Shown: in pieces, positions 62,906 through 64,000 of the stretch | How the letters are laid out: every line of letters starts with the position of its first letter | Numbering within the stretch: position 1 is the first letter of the stretch | Virus record (IMG/VR): IMGVR_UViG_3300025470_000020 | Length of the DNA: 64,000 nucleotides | Strand: one strand, 5' to 3' | DNA from: an uncultured virus (IMG/VR IMGVR_UViG_3300025470_000020) | Lineage: Duplodnaviria > Heunggongvirae > Uroviricota > Caudoviricetes | Position numbers and translations under genes: made by a program | The notes under the pieces: model-generated | The model's database searches: none | The model's input: the letters and a program-made list of their open reading frames with translations, nothing else | Told to the model about the DNA's origin: nothing

Positions 62906-63603
62906 GGGAAATCTCCATTATATTTGTTTGTCATAATATTATTACCGTATTCAAAGAATTCTTTCTTTACTGAACCTGCATTACCATCAACTTGATATTT
63001 TACTGTATACTCACCTGTGCAATCAAATTTAGGAAAGTGTTGTGCCATAGCTTGAAAGAATATTCTATCTTGACCCCAACCGCCATGCCATGCTGATGCT
63101 ATTTTTGTTGCTACACTTGTTTTGATACAATAACAATTAGTATCTATGTGATTATAATCTCCACTAAAAACAGGCCATTTACCTAGTGATTCACAATCAT
63201 CTCGACATGAATAATTTCCATCTTTGTCATAGATTTCTCGTAATGAGTATGACCAGTCTAGGTCTTTTTCTTTAATAGTATCGATACAAGATTTAACGTG
63301 ATTAGGTTTTAATGATACATCTTGGTCAAGATATAATACATATTCTGTATCTATTAGATGACTGAATGCAGCATAGACTCGATGGCCATAGAAACCATTG
63401 GCACCAACATTGATTGGTAAATAACAAACTTTTAGATTTTTGTTACCAAGATAATCACTTACAATAACACTAGATGGACCTTTAAATTCTTGACCATCAA
63501 TTACAACATAAACTGTTGTTGGGTAAGTTTGATTTAAAGCAGATTCAATAGCATTCCTACAAACAGGATTACCTGTTATAGGTATAATCACGGTAGCACT
63601 CAT
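62887..63603 (-). CDS. GT2-family glycosyltransferase
   Basis: VIIP.......AIES.LNQTY...YLDQD. Confidence 0.85.
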   Translation of the reverse strand: MSATVIIPITGNPVCRNAIESALNQTYPTTVYVVIDGQEFKGPSSVIVSDYLGNKNLKVCYLPINVGANGFYGHRVYAAFSHLIDTEYVLYLDQDVSLKPNHVKSCIDTIKEKDLDWSYSLREIYDKDGNYSCRDDCESLGKWPVFSGDYNHIDTNCYCIKTSVATKIASAWHGGWGQDRIFFQAMAQHFPKFDCTGEYTVKYQVDGNAGSVKKEFFEYGNNIMTNKYNGDFPWRKKI

Positions 63604-63605
63604 AA

Positions 63606-63884
63606 TTAATCTCTAGTTAGTTTTAAAATTCGTTCTATTTGTTTCTCTATGATAGGTGTTCTGTTAGGCCAATATATGTATTCTTTATCGCCTGTAGAAT
63701 GGAGTTTTGTAAGGAAAGGAATAATAATTTTTTCAACTTCATTCAATCTTGCTTTATAATCATCTGCTGTTTGTGCTGTATTCTTTATGACAGAATTATA
63801 TTCTTCTTCTGATACTGCTGAAAATCCATAATCATTATCAGATTCATATTGTTTTGCTAACTTATCAAAATCAATTAATGCCAT
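63606..63884 (-). CDS. conserved hypothetical protein
   Basis: DYGFSAV.EEE...IIP.L..L....KEYIYWPNR. Confidence 0.75.
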   Translation of the reverse strand: MALIDFDKLAKQYESDNDYGFSAVSEEEYNSVIKNTAQTADDYKARLNEVEKIIIPFLTKLHSTGDKEYIYWPNRTPIIEKQIERILKLTRD

Positions 63885-64000
63885 TATTTGTTTATCTCTA
63901 TTTTAATATCATGTAGTAAATTATATAGGTCTAATAAATCCACGATGGAACTAAAGTTATTACGGAAGAATTTAGTAATCTCATTCTTTTCATATTCACG
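63884..64000 (-). CDS. 3' end of a truncated CDS
   Basis: Open frame ...REYEKNEITKFFRNNFSSIVDLLDLYNLLHDIKIEINK*. Confidence 0.55.
   Translation of the reverse strand, partial: REYEKNEITKFFRNNFSSIVDLLDLYNLLHDIKIEINK

Noticed and set aside
1..64000. Alternative genetic code (stop reassignment)
   Set aside because: Core genes translate full length in the standard code and end in TAA, TAG and TGA.

Overview
This 64 kb window comes from an AT-rich, lytic T4-like (myovirus-type) bacteriophage genome, read with the standard genetic code. From left to right it contains: (1) baseplate/tail genes (gp27-like hub, gp53, gp48, gp4, gp2, tail-tube/gp54-like, gp26, gp51, and two paralogous tape-measure-like genes); (2) gp32, gp59 and gp33; (3) minus-strand accessory genes (SleB hydrolase, secreted HNH, exonuclease, DenV-like, PurD-like ATP-grasp, CobS/MoxR ATPase); (4) a GC-richer early island at about 24.9-30.2 kb, built from at least 14 near-identical sigma70-type promoters with a fixed 16-bp spacer, arranged divergently, most driving one to a few small genes; (5) GroES, CDGSH, GalE, MazG-like, a vWA/peptidase, RNase H, nrdAB and primase; (6) a lysis cassette with a GH19 endolysin; (7) probable encapsidated proteins with capsid-targeting-like N-termini, including a ligase-fold protein and a nucleotidyltransferase-kinase; (8) a glycosyltransferase/methyltransferase cluster. 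The most notable candidates are the promoter-cassette island, a strand-polarised TACCTC/GAGGTA motif cluster with an ORF-free structured segment, a probable -1 ribosomal frameshift joining gp26 to gp51, and a possible virion-delivered repair/nucleotidyltransferase module. I saw no tRNA, rRNA, CRISPR array or integrase. All family calls come from motif recognition and synteny, not database searches.
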